Below are positions 1 through 10,294 of a stretch of DNA of 16,195 nt, one piece after another. Source of the DNA: Azolla caroliniana (taxonomy: Eukaryota; Plantae; Polypodiophyta); NCBI GenBank assembly GCA_043228905.1, contig JBHGNT010000759.1:1-16195 (forward strand). The letters run 5' to 3'. Every line of letters starts with the position of its first letter. Positions within the stretch are counted from its first letter, which is position 1. Both the position numbers and the translations under genes were made by a program. Below the pieces are notes generated by a model, which was not told the origin of the DNA, searched no databases, and saw only the letters and a list, made by a program, of their open reading frames with translations.

Positions 1-62
1 ACCTTAACTTTCTTACGTTAAAGTTTTTTTTATTTTGTCATAAATAAATAATAAATACAAAA

Positions 63-159
63 GTATGGTATTTACCATACATACATACTTAAATGGTGTT
101 TACCATGCTCGAATGGTTGAACCATTCTCGAATTCACGTATGTTACGTATGGTTCATAC
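63..159. repeat. Cluster of four related short inverted repeats (ATGGT...ACCAT family)
   Basis: GTATGGTA-tt-TACCATAC (63-80), ATGGT-gttt-ACCAT (93-106), GAATGGTT-g-AACCATTC (111-127) and GTATG-gtt-CATAC (147-159). Confidence 0.75.
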
Positions 160-211
160 TATGCTTTGTCCTTTCATGTAAAAGCAACTTTCTCCATTTC
201 TTGTGGTAACG

Positions 212-238
212 CCCCCCCCCCCCCCACACACACACACA
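212..238. repeat. C14 run joined to a short (CA)n microsatellite
   Basis: Directly visible. Confidence 0.95.
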
Positions 239-544
239 TTGAAGCTTTATTAAACAACACAGAATGGACACCTAGATGGCAAGAAGAAAGGTATCAATAA
301 TTATAATTTATTACCATTTGATTAATTAGTCAACTTTACCTTGTAGCAATCAACTTGTCCTAGCAATTTGAAAAAGTCGTTTGACACCTTCAAATTAAAC
401 AATGTTCGGCTAACTTGGCCGAAAATCCACGAGCTTACCAGCCAACCTAACCCCCCGAGTTTTCATAACTTCAAATTTCCATGCAAATGGTAGTCCCCCA
501 TGAAAAGCTCATCCCAAGCATATTGCTACTTTAGGGTTTAGGTT

Positions 545-965
545 AAAGTTGATGGGCTCCATGATGAAGCATCTTTACATCTAGGGATCCATTGCTCCCA
601 ACCCATAGTACACTTGAGATGGGAGGGGAGTAAGACATATTAACATCTACCGGAGGTCTAAATACATTGATAATTATACAATATGCATGGATTCGAGCTA
701 TCCATACCAAAATAAAAATGATAACTCTAGGTTTTCTAAATATCCGCGAGCCATTAATATCATGTTGATGCATGATGTTGCATTTTAATTCGCAATTGCT
801 CTTTGTATGGTTTTTTCCAAACATGAACTGTATAATTCTATGCACGGGATGAGTATTGTCGAGGGGACAAGGTATCCAATATTGCTTATTTGAGTGGAGC
901 AAGACTATGACAAAGTTAATTGGGTGTTTGAGAGTTTCCTCGAAAGGATGAGACTTCATGAGCAA
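545..965 (+). mobile_element. Degenerate LINE (non-LTR) reverse transcriptase fragment
   Basis: Broken plus-strand frames give KVDGL (545; cf. GPDG), LSIPK (about 698; cf. LIPK), NIREPLIS (cf. YRPISL) and EQDYDKVNWVFESFLERMRL (897-956; cf. EKAYDRVNWxFLxxxLxxMGF), in the expected order. Identified by eye only. Confidence 0.45.
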
Positions 966-969
966 TTAT

Positions 970-2200
970 CTTTATGTTCTAGTGTTGGTATAGCCCATGT
1001 GCCTTGTATCCCATTATTCATGGTCTCAATTGTCCTTGGCACCTTATACTTGCTCTTTGATGACACCTTATGTTCTAGTGTTGGTATAGTCCATGTGCCT
1101 TGTATCCCATTATTCATGGTCTCAATTGTCCTTGGCACTCCTATACTCACTCTTTGATGACACCTGACGATAAATATGAAGAAAGCCATGACATGTGCAT
1201 CATGCCTCAATGGCAAAATCAATCTACATTGCCCCAACGATATTTGTCAAGCCAACATTCTCTCACACACCTTTATATAATCTAGAAATATTTATAACTC
1301 AATACTCTGTCACAAGAGTGTTGTCAAGGAATGTTGAAGACAACACTTTTTTTTTAAACATTGGAATTATGCTCTCTTTTGAATATATTTATCCCTCCTT
1401 GTTCGTCTTTCTTCTCGCAATAGGTTGACTTCTCTCTATCATAACAATATTGTATAGATTAATACAACACAACAATACAAGAATCCTACAACAAGGATCT
1501 AAATCACTCTGAGGTGTCATAGGATTAACTTATATCAAGTAAACTCCTCAGAGGTCAAGGTCCATGCAAAGGGTCATTGCATGTAGACAATTTTCCCTTT
1601 AGCATACACGCCTCTTATGCTTCTCCATGTTGACTAATGTGCAAAAACCTATTACTCATACTCCAATGGAACAATATATGTGGCAAATACATGAGACAAT
1701 CAATCAACACTACCATGTTCGATAAGGAAAGTTGAATTTGGCTCTTGTACATGGAACTAAGATATCATTTTTGCCAATCACATAGTGAAAGCGCACCATA
1801 TGATTGAATTCAAACTTGAGGAGTTCCGCTTCCATCCTAGTGCCCCATTGTTGCCATATAATGGTTGTATTGCTCATACTCTTAGATCTACTAGTTGGTC
1901 AAACTCAACGTATATTCATAAGAGGTGCCCAAGTTAAAGAAACTATATATTGCTTTGTGACGTATAACATGGGAATGTGTGGGGAGATCATTCAATATCA
2001 CATACTATGCAGTACCGACTAACTACTTACGAGATTTCTCATCATTAGATTCCATTCATTGATATGGCATATGATCAACACGCCATAGCTAGAAAAGTCC
2101 AACCTTCCTCTTGAGTATGGACAACAAATTCTTACCTCCCAATATGTGCACCTCACATCTTTCTCTTCATCAAGTACCTGTGTTGTGCTCATATTCACCA
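970..2200 (-). mobile_element. Degenerate CACTA/En-Spm (Tnp2-type) transposase remnant
   Basis: Minus-strand fragments occur in the expected order: YWEVRICCPY (cf. YEKIHACP), EAEPPQV (cf. AEPRNVRL), ILFHWSMSNRF...KGKLSTC (about 1580-1680; cf. LLWTINDFP...KGKLACP), KKSVVFNIP*QH (about 1320-1355; cf. KKKSIFFELPYW) and KVCERML (about 1252-1273; cf. KNVCESLL). There are many stops and frameshifts, and the boundaries are approximate. Confidence 0.45.
972..1164. repeat. Tandem duplication of two units (972-1067, 96 bp; 1068-1164, 97 bp)
   Basis: Both copies read TTATGTTCTAGTGTTGGTATAG(C/T)CCATGTGCCTTGTATCCCATTATTCATGGTCTCAATTGTCCTTGGCAC...CTCTTTGATGACACC, with a few substitutions and a 1-nt indel. 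Confidence 0.97.
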
Positions 2201-4059
2201 TCATTTTGTCACTAGATTATCTCCTCTGATTGAAGTTGAAAATCTCTTGATGTTGAATTTGATTCCATTGACATTGTTAGTATGTTACAGCTGAATTCAG
2301 TTATCTTATAATCAAAGTTTTGTTGTTTTAGGAACTTGTTGATGTGTCCTTGTTTGAGCGAATCATTAAAATTCCAATGGTTGAAGTGTCATCATGTTGT
2401 GAGGAAGTTATTAAAATTCCAAGTAGTTGATGTGCCAACCTACAAGTAAGAGTTGGATCATAATTTAATTAGCTTTGTTTATTCAAGGGAAAATCTTGCA
2501 AACGAATGGTCCAACTCATGTTTGATCCAATAACGGCAAAATAGTGACAAAGAAATGATATACATGTGTTTTTTGTTGCACCCCTTGAAGGGGTTCCACG
2601 ATTTTTTATCCCAACATGTAACTTCATTTATGGGCAAAGATATGCATGGATTCACACTCACAACTTACGGGTCAATAATTCCATTTTGTTCTTATACGTT
2701 AACAATAATGCTTATTTCTAATACAATCCATGATCACGTGTAATATATTGTTTGTAAGCATGTGTTGTTTTACATAGGAACTTTGAGTTATTCAACTCAT
2801 ACCAAGTATGAAGATAAGAAGAATAAACTTTTTAAGTTGGTTGATAAATAAGGTTTTGATGTGGGCATACAAATTGAACCACGATTCAATATGCTACAAA
2901 CTTAATTGCGATTTGCCACTCATGATATAGTAGATGTTATGAAGCCTCGATATCATAAGAAAACAAGGTACCTCACTACTTCCTACTATACAATGACCAA
3001 CTTCATCAATTATGGTCATGCTTGTTAGACAAATTTGATAATAAAAATCTAGATTGATTTGATGAAGAACCTACTACGCATGTTTCCAAAAATAAAGATG
3101 TCAACATGAATGATGAGCATTTGGCACACCTTTCTTTGGAGAGAATGACCTCAAGATAAACTATCGTGAACATGTACGATCCAAAACGAGCATCATTATA
3201 TTTCTTAATGATCGTAATGCTTAAGGTCTTATATCACAACGTGTATGTTGTAATATGCAAGCCTACATGATGATCATATGTTTATGTTGAAGGCAACTCC
3301 ATGAATCTATAAGAATAAGAAATAATCTATAAAAAGTTGTGGTAAGATGAAAAGTAAAATATATTGTTGTACCATGTAAAAGAATACATATGATTCTCTA
3401 ACTTTTTTAAGCGTGACAAATCATTTCTATAAACATTTGTTTTATCTTGCTTAATATCTACTGACTCGATGAGTGTTAGTTTAATCAGAAGGCATTCTTT
3501 TTTTCAATTGCTTTAAAATAACGATCATCATTAGGCCGTATTGAAATTGGGAACTTATGAAAGTTTTAATGTAGAAATATCATGTATTAGCAAAATGGAA
3601 GGTCATAATAAGTCAAATGTGTGATGCATTATCATTGGTTACCAACAAGACAGTAACACCCAACATGTGGAGCTCAAACGATTGGAGTTTCATGCCATTG
3701 GGACAAAGGAATATTTTATAGATGGATTAAGCGGGAGTGCTTCTACTCTACACCGAAGTATTTATTTAAGCCGACAATTAGAATTTAGAAAGTGGCTTAT
3801 TACCGAAAGGTACATCTTTTATTTATAGCCATAGGGTGTTTCTAATTCTTAATACTAATGTAGTATCTTTTTTTTCAAAGAAAAAGTAAATCATTGGTAG
3901 TGAGTCATGATCAACACTTGCATGCAATGAGACTGAAATCCATTGGTGTGCTCACAAGTGCCACACAATGTAGTTTCTTTAGATTGAGGGTGACATGGCA
4001 ACGTCACAATTTTTGCAATTTATGACCACCCATTTCAAACTTCTATGTCCTTACCCATT

Positions 4060-5480
4060 ATAGGGTAAAATATTGAAGGTTAGATGAAGAAAGGTGGTAA
4101 ATAAATCATTTTATAAAGTTGTAACCATAACAAATGTTTGGTTCTCATATTTGATTCACAAGACACATAGGATACAATATTTTCATGAAGGAAACCATTG
4201 ATAATTTGTTGCAGATATTGGCTTAAAACAATTAATTATTGTCCTTGGTAATTCTAACTAAGGGGGCTATTCTGCAATTCTCTTAATCTATTATGTTCAA
4301 GCTCTATACTATTCACCGTAATAGGTGAAATGAAATATATTTGGAGCAAAGTATGGTAACGTGATGTAGTAATTATATTATACTACGTAGCTTCATAAAT
4401 TCACATATATTTAAGCCTCCTTAATGTTTATCTTGACATGATTCAGTATGTATGCCACAACTTAGTTTAGCATATTGATTTGCCAACTCAATTGTCTAAT
4501 TCTCGGGCAAACAAAGACATGTAACAAATTATAGGACAAACATTGTTTAGATGGTAGACATATTGATACGTAGGATACAATAAATCCCAACAAATGCCCC
4601 ATGGTAGAAATTGCACATTACTACCTTTTTATACTCGAAATACCAAAACATCGAATTTTAGGGGGGTTTTTCTTCGTACAAGCGACACTTCCTCATGGGA
4701 CAATCATACATATGATAGGTGCACAGAAAATTATCATGTCAACATAATCATTCACTCTATGTCACAATGACAAGGATGCATATACAAAACTTGTAAGCAA
4801 CTCCAAGTGGCCATATAATAATATTATGACACCCATGAATGAAGTTTTGGGCAAGCTTTGGATTCGGCTTTATGGTGCAAAAGTGAATTGCAATTAAGGC
4901 AAAAAATATTTATGCACATGATTCCTAAATCTATGCCCTATTAGTAATTTAGCAAAGTTACTTTACTTTTTCACCTCGCAAAGCTACATACAAAGTAGTC
5001 TAGATAATAAGCATAATTATGGACACATTATAAATTATAATAAATACCACTATCTTTACTTCAACATAATGCTTTTGACAATATATTCCGACACATTGTT
5101 AGATACCTATACTTTTTGACATTGTCATTATCGTTTATGGCATCATTTAGAGTGCCATTGGCAACTTCTGCCTACTAATATAGTAATATACTAATAACCA
5201 TCATCGATGGTACAAATGTGAACACTGCCATTAATCATATACCATTAACCTAAATTGGAGTTAAAAGTTTTGTTTGATCGATTAAAGAGCAAGAAAAAAT
5301 GTATTTATTCTCAAGGTTCACATCGGGCAAAACATTTTTTTCTAAGAAGTTCAAATTGGGCTTGTCTAAAAAATTGGGAGGACTGAAAAAAAACTTCTTT
5401 TACCATTGCAAACATTTGGGGTTGGGCCCAATGACCTGCAAATAGGATTTATTAAAGCCCTTTACGTTGGTCTCACAATC
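4060..5480 (+). mobile_element. Highly degenerate PIF1-type helicase remnant, possibly from a Helitron
   Basis: Fragments NIEG*MKKGGK (about 4069; Walker A-like), FTVIGEMKYIWSK (4312; cf. IIDEMSxIG), QTLFR (about 4540; cf. TxFRQ) and QTF...ALYVGLT (5409-5477; cf. GQT...YVALSR) lie at PIF1-like spacing. No intact ORF remains. Confidence 0.35.
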
Positions 5481-6694
5481 AAAATAAGATGATTGACCAT
5501 TCTTATCCCTGGACCATCAAGTGAGGTACAAAGCTTTTTGATGGGTACCTAGCTTAGACATTCTTTTTTGTTATAAGAACGAATGTATAAATTATATATA
5601 TACACTAGTGAAAGCAATTGGATCTATAAAGCATATATGCATTAGTATAAGTAGTTATTTTCAAATGAAGATTAGAATTTAGAACACCGATGATAATGCA
5701 ACAACAATACTTGTACGTTGGAAACACAAGATTCCAGAATTAATTCTCAAGCAATCGTGTTTGTGGAAATCTATTGAAGGGTGGAAACTAATGTAGGTGA
5801 AGATTTCTTACATTATTGGCAAAATTGCATGTAACATCACCTCCACAAGAGACCATGACTTGTTTTTGATGACCTACAAAGAAAAGTAATATGTAGTGCC
5901 TAAAAATATGAAGCTCTTTCACATGGTATTAATAATCTCGACTCGTGATAAGGTTCTTGTCTTTTCCTCCTAAGGTCAATTTATTGTTATGGATGCAAAT
6001 ATGAAGCAAATAATTCATTATTTCATGACAATTAGACATATGGTTATTTTCCTTGCACCCACTCTCTCGTGTCAACTCAAATAGTTGCATGCCACACCTT
6101 TTTGTCGTGATGCTTTTTTGCATTGAGTCTTTGATTAATGAGCATATGTTTCATGGTTTTCCGCCTCAATTAAGCAAGAATATAAGTTGCATGCCATGCT
6201 TCTATTACAAAAAGAAAAGGAGGTATTGTGCCATGTGAACAATGATTTCTCTATAATTGTTTGATAACTTATTTATTCCAACTCAAGTAAACCCCCAAAA
6301 AAGGCTTTTAGCCTCACATTTTTTTGTTGCCACATCAACTTAGACTTCTATAGTAGAGGTTAATGTGATTATTGCATAAGTGTAACATATGTAACCAAGC
6401 TGGTGTAAACTGTGTACATGATAAGTTTGCAAATCTTCGTTTGACGTACATCAAGTTTGAAGTCTTCGCACCGCCTATACCTTACGAGGGTTCACATCTT
6501 TGTACGCATCAAATTTGGAACCAGATGAGATTGGGACGAAGCATGTCATACATGTATGGGAATAGTAGTATATGGCAATGTTTCATGAAAGGATGCAAAT
6601 ATATCAACATGAATCGAGCATAACCCAATAAAATTTAAGTTGCAATTCTTCCAAGAAGATGTCGGCAGTCTCAAAGGTGTTATTCAAAGGTTCC

Positions 6695-6699
6695 CACAC

Positions 6700-6736
<37 letters not shown>
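6695..6736. repeat. (AC)18 microsatellite with a short interrupted lead-in
   Basis: Directly visible; perfect from 6701 to 6736. Confidence 0.97.
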
Positions 6737-6739
<3 letters not shown>

Positions 6740-7121
6740 TGAGATTTTTTTCCGGTAGGAAATGAACGTGTGGGTGGTACCAACGTACGAACAAGGCACA
6801 AGTACCCAAGCAAGTTTTTTTGATACATACATACATATAGGTTAAAAACGCTCTAATTTTGATGCCCCAATAAGTGGTGCGAGATCTTAAACAGAAGGGA
6901 AAAGAGCGCGGGCTCCGATAAGATCATACGATGGTATTATCATCGAGGGGCGGGTCATGAAGTGTCCAGGGAATGCGTGAGAGGCTTCCACGAGTTCTCT
7001 AACTAAATGGCCGCCCTAAGTAGAGAAGCAGATAAACCACTCATTTCCTCCAAAATGAGTTAATCTCATGTCCTTCTTGCCCAAGTTCTATAAGGGCATT
7101 TCAGGAATTACAGAAAACCTG

Positions 7122-7230
7122 CACACACACACACACACTCTCTCTCTCTCTCTCTTTCTGTCTCTGTCTCTGTCTCTGTCTCTGTCTCTGTCTCTGTCTA
7201 TCTCTGCCTCTGTCTCTGTCTCTGTCTCTC
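7122..7230. repeat. Compound microsatellite (CA)8-(CT)n-(TGTCTC)n upstream of the gene 1 ATG
   Basis: Directly visible. Perfect TGTCTC copies start at 7159, 7165, 7171, 7177, 7183, 7189, 7211, 7217 and 7223. Confidence 0.97.
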
Positions 7231-7269
7231 CGAAACGTTCTCTTCTTCCCTCTCGCAGACAAGCAGCGG

Positions 7270-7470
7270 ATGTCTTACCTGTATGAGAAGAGTGGGACCT
7301 GGCGCTGGATCGTGGCCTCCTCCAAAGCTTCCAGGGGTTTCTTCCTGACTTTCTCTACCATCTGCGTTGTGCTCCCCTTGGGCCTCGGCTATGCCACCAT
7401 GTCCGCTACCTCCTCCAACGATCCTCAGCTTCAGCATCGCCTCTCCAAACATGCTCGCCAAGACACAGAT
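7270..7470 (+). CDS. Exon 1 (67 codons) of a conserved plant small single-pass membrane protein of unknown function (130 aa spliced)
   Basis: ATG at 7270 follows a pyrimidine-rich leader, and the sequence is GC-rich and coding-like. It encodes MSYLYEKSGTWRWIVASSKASRGFFLTFSTICVVLPLGLGYATMSATSSNDPQLQHRLSKHARQDTD, with one hydrophobic segment. It ends at a consensus donor GAT|GTAAGT at 7470/7471, phase 0. The pattern YEKSxTWRW...FF...C...P...GY matches my recollection of an uncharacterised angiosperm protein family; this was not checked by search. Confidence 0.9.
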
Positions 7471-10294
7471 GTAAGTCGCTCATTTCATTGTGTACCCATT
7501 TTGTTTGTTTTTCACCCTTTTCCTTTGCGTCTACTTAGATAAATGATGGTTATGATAGAAAATTACAAGTTGCTTTGATGTAGGTTATTGCAATTTTTTT
7601 AATTTTTTTTTGAGTCATCGTTAACATGAAAATTGTGAATGCTGGGTATGGTGGATCAACTGTTGCTTTGCTCTATATTTAATTTTTTTGTGTCCTTTCA
7701 TCATCTCATGACTAAGTTTATGAAATTCTTTTTGTTAGTTACGTAGATGATTTTACATGCGGCTTTTTGTGATATTAAGACTTAAGTTTAGATTATTCTA
7801 CTTGTTCAGTTTATATGTCCTTTTTTATCTTAAGACTAAATTTAAGAATGTTTTAGTCCAGTTTCAAATTTTTTTCATGGATTAATCTTGTTTTGGTCAG
7901 GTTATGTGTTTGTACAGTGTGAAGACTAAACTTTGGAATGTTTGTTTTGATAGTCACCTGAATTATACGCAGGATTTATTTAATTTCTTTTTATTTATTT
8001 GTCTTTTTGTGATAGTAAGGCTATGTCTATGAATCCTTTTGTTAGTTACTTCAATGGAACATGAAGATCTATTAGTTTCTTTGTTTAGCGTGTGTTGTCA
8101 TTGTGATCTTAAACTGTGAGAAGCAAGCCATTCCTGGTGTTTAATGGCATTTTGGTTGTGTTTGATGTCTTTCTATATTCCTGACTGGGTTTGTCTGTGA
8201 ACCTCATATTGTTCTGTGCACGTATTTTGCTTGTGGCTTTGTTTCTGCATTGTGACTTACATCAGTTCAGTGGGTAGACCTTCTAGTTCAAGCCAGATTT
8301 ACTGCTGAACCACAAACTGTTAGGTGGCCTCTCTTGGCTGCTATTTCAAATGATGTAATTTCATTATTAGTTTTTGCAGATGGGTTTCCTTTTGGAATCA
8401 TTAAGTGAAGGGATGGCAGCTACCATCCTTTCTACTATGTTCATACGCTAGTGTAGTACAAAACAACTTTACAGAAGATGTCCCATTATCAGAATGTTGG
8501 TGTCATAAGACATGAGAAGAAGGTCAATGCATTTTGGTTAAAATCCTTCAATTGTAGAATTACTTCCGGTTAAAGGTATAATGTTTCAAAGCATTCAGAC
8601 TTTGGATGAAAGCTTTGACATGAAATTCTTCAAAATTTATGGGATTGGTAATAATTATAAAATTCTGTGGACTGATTAGTGGCATCTATGGTTGGTTTGA
8701 TGAGCATGTAAGTGTTTCTATTTATAGCTCTGGATTCTACACATGAGAATTCATTAACTAGGGATCAGGATTGTAAGCCAAGATGATGAAGACTTGGTTA
8801 TTGATAGTTTACTGTGTCCACATTTGATGATAATATCAAATGCTTTGTGCAGTGAAGGTTTGAACAAATGTCTCCTTTGTGAGCTTATCAGGAATTACAA
8901 ATTCTTTACCTGAGATTCCAAGAGATTATATTTTAAGATGTAATCGCTTGTTCTTTGTTGCAGGCCATTTTGGCCTCTTAATATTCTTTCTTTCTTTCTT
9001 TACTCGAGTGTGAATGCAAACAAAACAAATTAGAGATTCTTTTAGTATTAACTAGATATATATGGATAAAGAACTAGATCTTAAAAGTTATGTTAGTTTC
9101 TTGATCTCAAAATCCAACAATCATCATTTGGTTTGCAGGTTGATAAACATATGCAACGAAAATATGTGGGAATATATTACTGAAATGACACATTTTACAT
9201 TTTGGATATTATTAATGTAATCATTCACATGCAATTATTTATGTTTTATCGTTCTTCATCTCCTACTCATGAATCAAGTCAAAAAGGTTATTCTTTTAAT
9301 AGAATTATGAAAAAACTTGTGTTTTTTACTGAATTATGTCGAAGTTTTTTGAAGTGGATCTTAGAAGCTGGATTATATGAATAATCAGAATTAGTTTCAT
9401 AACAACTTGTTTCAATTCATTAGATAGATCAATTTAATCTTTGATACTTTGAACAATGTACTCCGGTCATTATTCATTATTATGTGCATTGTATGTATAG
9501 ATTGTTTAATTCATCTTTTTCTTAGTTCTAGACTTTTTTGAGATTGTCTGCCTAACACCTAGCATTACACTATATGAATGTTGATATTAAACTTCATCTC
9601 TCTTTGGACACTGATGGTATGGAGTGATGTCATAATTTCGAGGCTGTTCTATGCATTAAGCGATTGGCAAAAACTGTGCTTATTACGATGGAATCCCCTT
9701 TGAAGTGTCGATTGTCACTTGTCCAATTCTGCACCTTTTGAATGATGTTCTATTCATGCTTCTTTTCCCATACAAGCATTGAGAATTGACATAGACTCCT
9801 CTCGTAGTGTAAATTTTCTCTTACACTCCACTAATTCCGTACTTTTATTGATTAATGTCTTATTTATACTTCTTTTATTATACTCATTGAGAATTGAGAT
9901 GGACCTTGGTTATAGTACACTGTGTGGTACTACTGCTTGATATTCCTTAATCCCTTTCCTAGTAAAAGGTCTTAACTCTTTCCTCCCACTTTTCACATAA
10001 TTACTGCTGTTCCACTCAGTTTCACATTTAGACATGAAAATTTCAAAGCATGGGTGATTCCTGAATGGTTAAAAGTACAACTATCATTGGGTGCTTTTAG
10101 AGTGAGTCAATGTGATGTCTCTTTCAGTGTTCTATAATGTGTTTGAGTTTCGTCTTGGGCGCTTTTACAATATGTGATGAGCACGAAACCGATTAGGGAA
10201 TGAACTTTATGCCAATTTCTTTCTGGTACCCTTGTTTTGTATTTTGGTATTCGTATCCTTATTATGTTTTGATGCTCTCTTTGTATGTGGACAG
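7471..10294 (+). other. Spliceosomal GT-AG intron of gene 1 (2824 nt)
   Basis: GTAAGT donor, CAG acceptor and a strongly T-rich sense strand. Splicing joins the two coding segments in frame. Confidence 0.85.
7685..8050. repeat. Decayed intronic minisatellite of about 5 units
   Basis: The core (AA)GACTAARTTTA..GAA..TT(T)GTTAGTT recurs near 7710, 7779, 7834, 7924 and 8019. TTTTTGTGATA occurs at about 7764 and 8004, and TTTTGTTAGTTAC at about 7730 and 8037. Confidence 0.6.

Noticed and set aside
530-542. TTTAGGGTTTAGG, a plant telomere-like sequence
   Set aside because: Fewer than two full units, and not near a transcription start. This is too short to call an interstitial telomere or a functional telo-box.
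543-965. 140-aa minus-strand ORF
   Set aside because: It has no recognisable domain and lies antisense to the putative LINE remnant.
972-1164. Tandem repeat considered as a CRISPR-like array
   Set aside because: Only two long adjacent units, with no spacers, no cas genes and a eukaryotic context.
1507-1553. 8-bp inverted repeat CTCTGAGG/CCTCAGAG
   Set aside because: A short stem with a 31-nt loop is expected by chance in 16 kb.
3715-3750. FIDGLSGSAST, resembling the Helitron Walker A FIDGPGGTGKT
   Set aside because: It lacks the GK residues, and its distance to the motif II-like segment at 4312 is too long. It was not used as evidence.
7068-7461. ORFs 7068-7286 (+) and 7198-7461 (-)
   Set aside because: They are open only because they run through the microsatellite (LSLSLS, RQRQRQ) or are antisense to exon 1. 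The 7068 ORF would be an overlapping uORF only if transcription starts upstream of it, for which I have no evidence.
7471-7542. Extension of ORF 7270-7542 past the donor, and likewise the 10232-10294 extension before exon 2
   Set aside because: This is intronic read-through. Composition turns T-rich at the splice sites, and the spliced product is coherent.
8783-8913. Possible intronic C/D box snoRNA (ATGATGA ... CTGA)
   Set aside because: There is no terminal stem and no recognisable rRNA or snRNA antisense element. Such boxes are frequent by chance.
10174-10189. GTGATGAGCACGAAAC, a minimal hammerhead-like string
   Set aside because: The invariant C of CUGA is a G, stem II is essentially absent, and there are no flanking helices.
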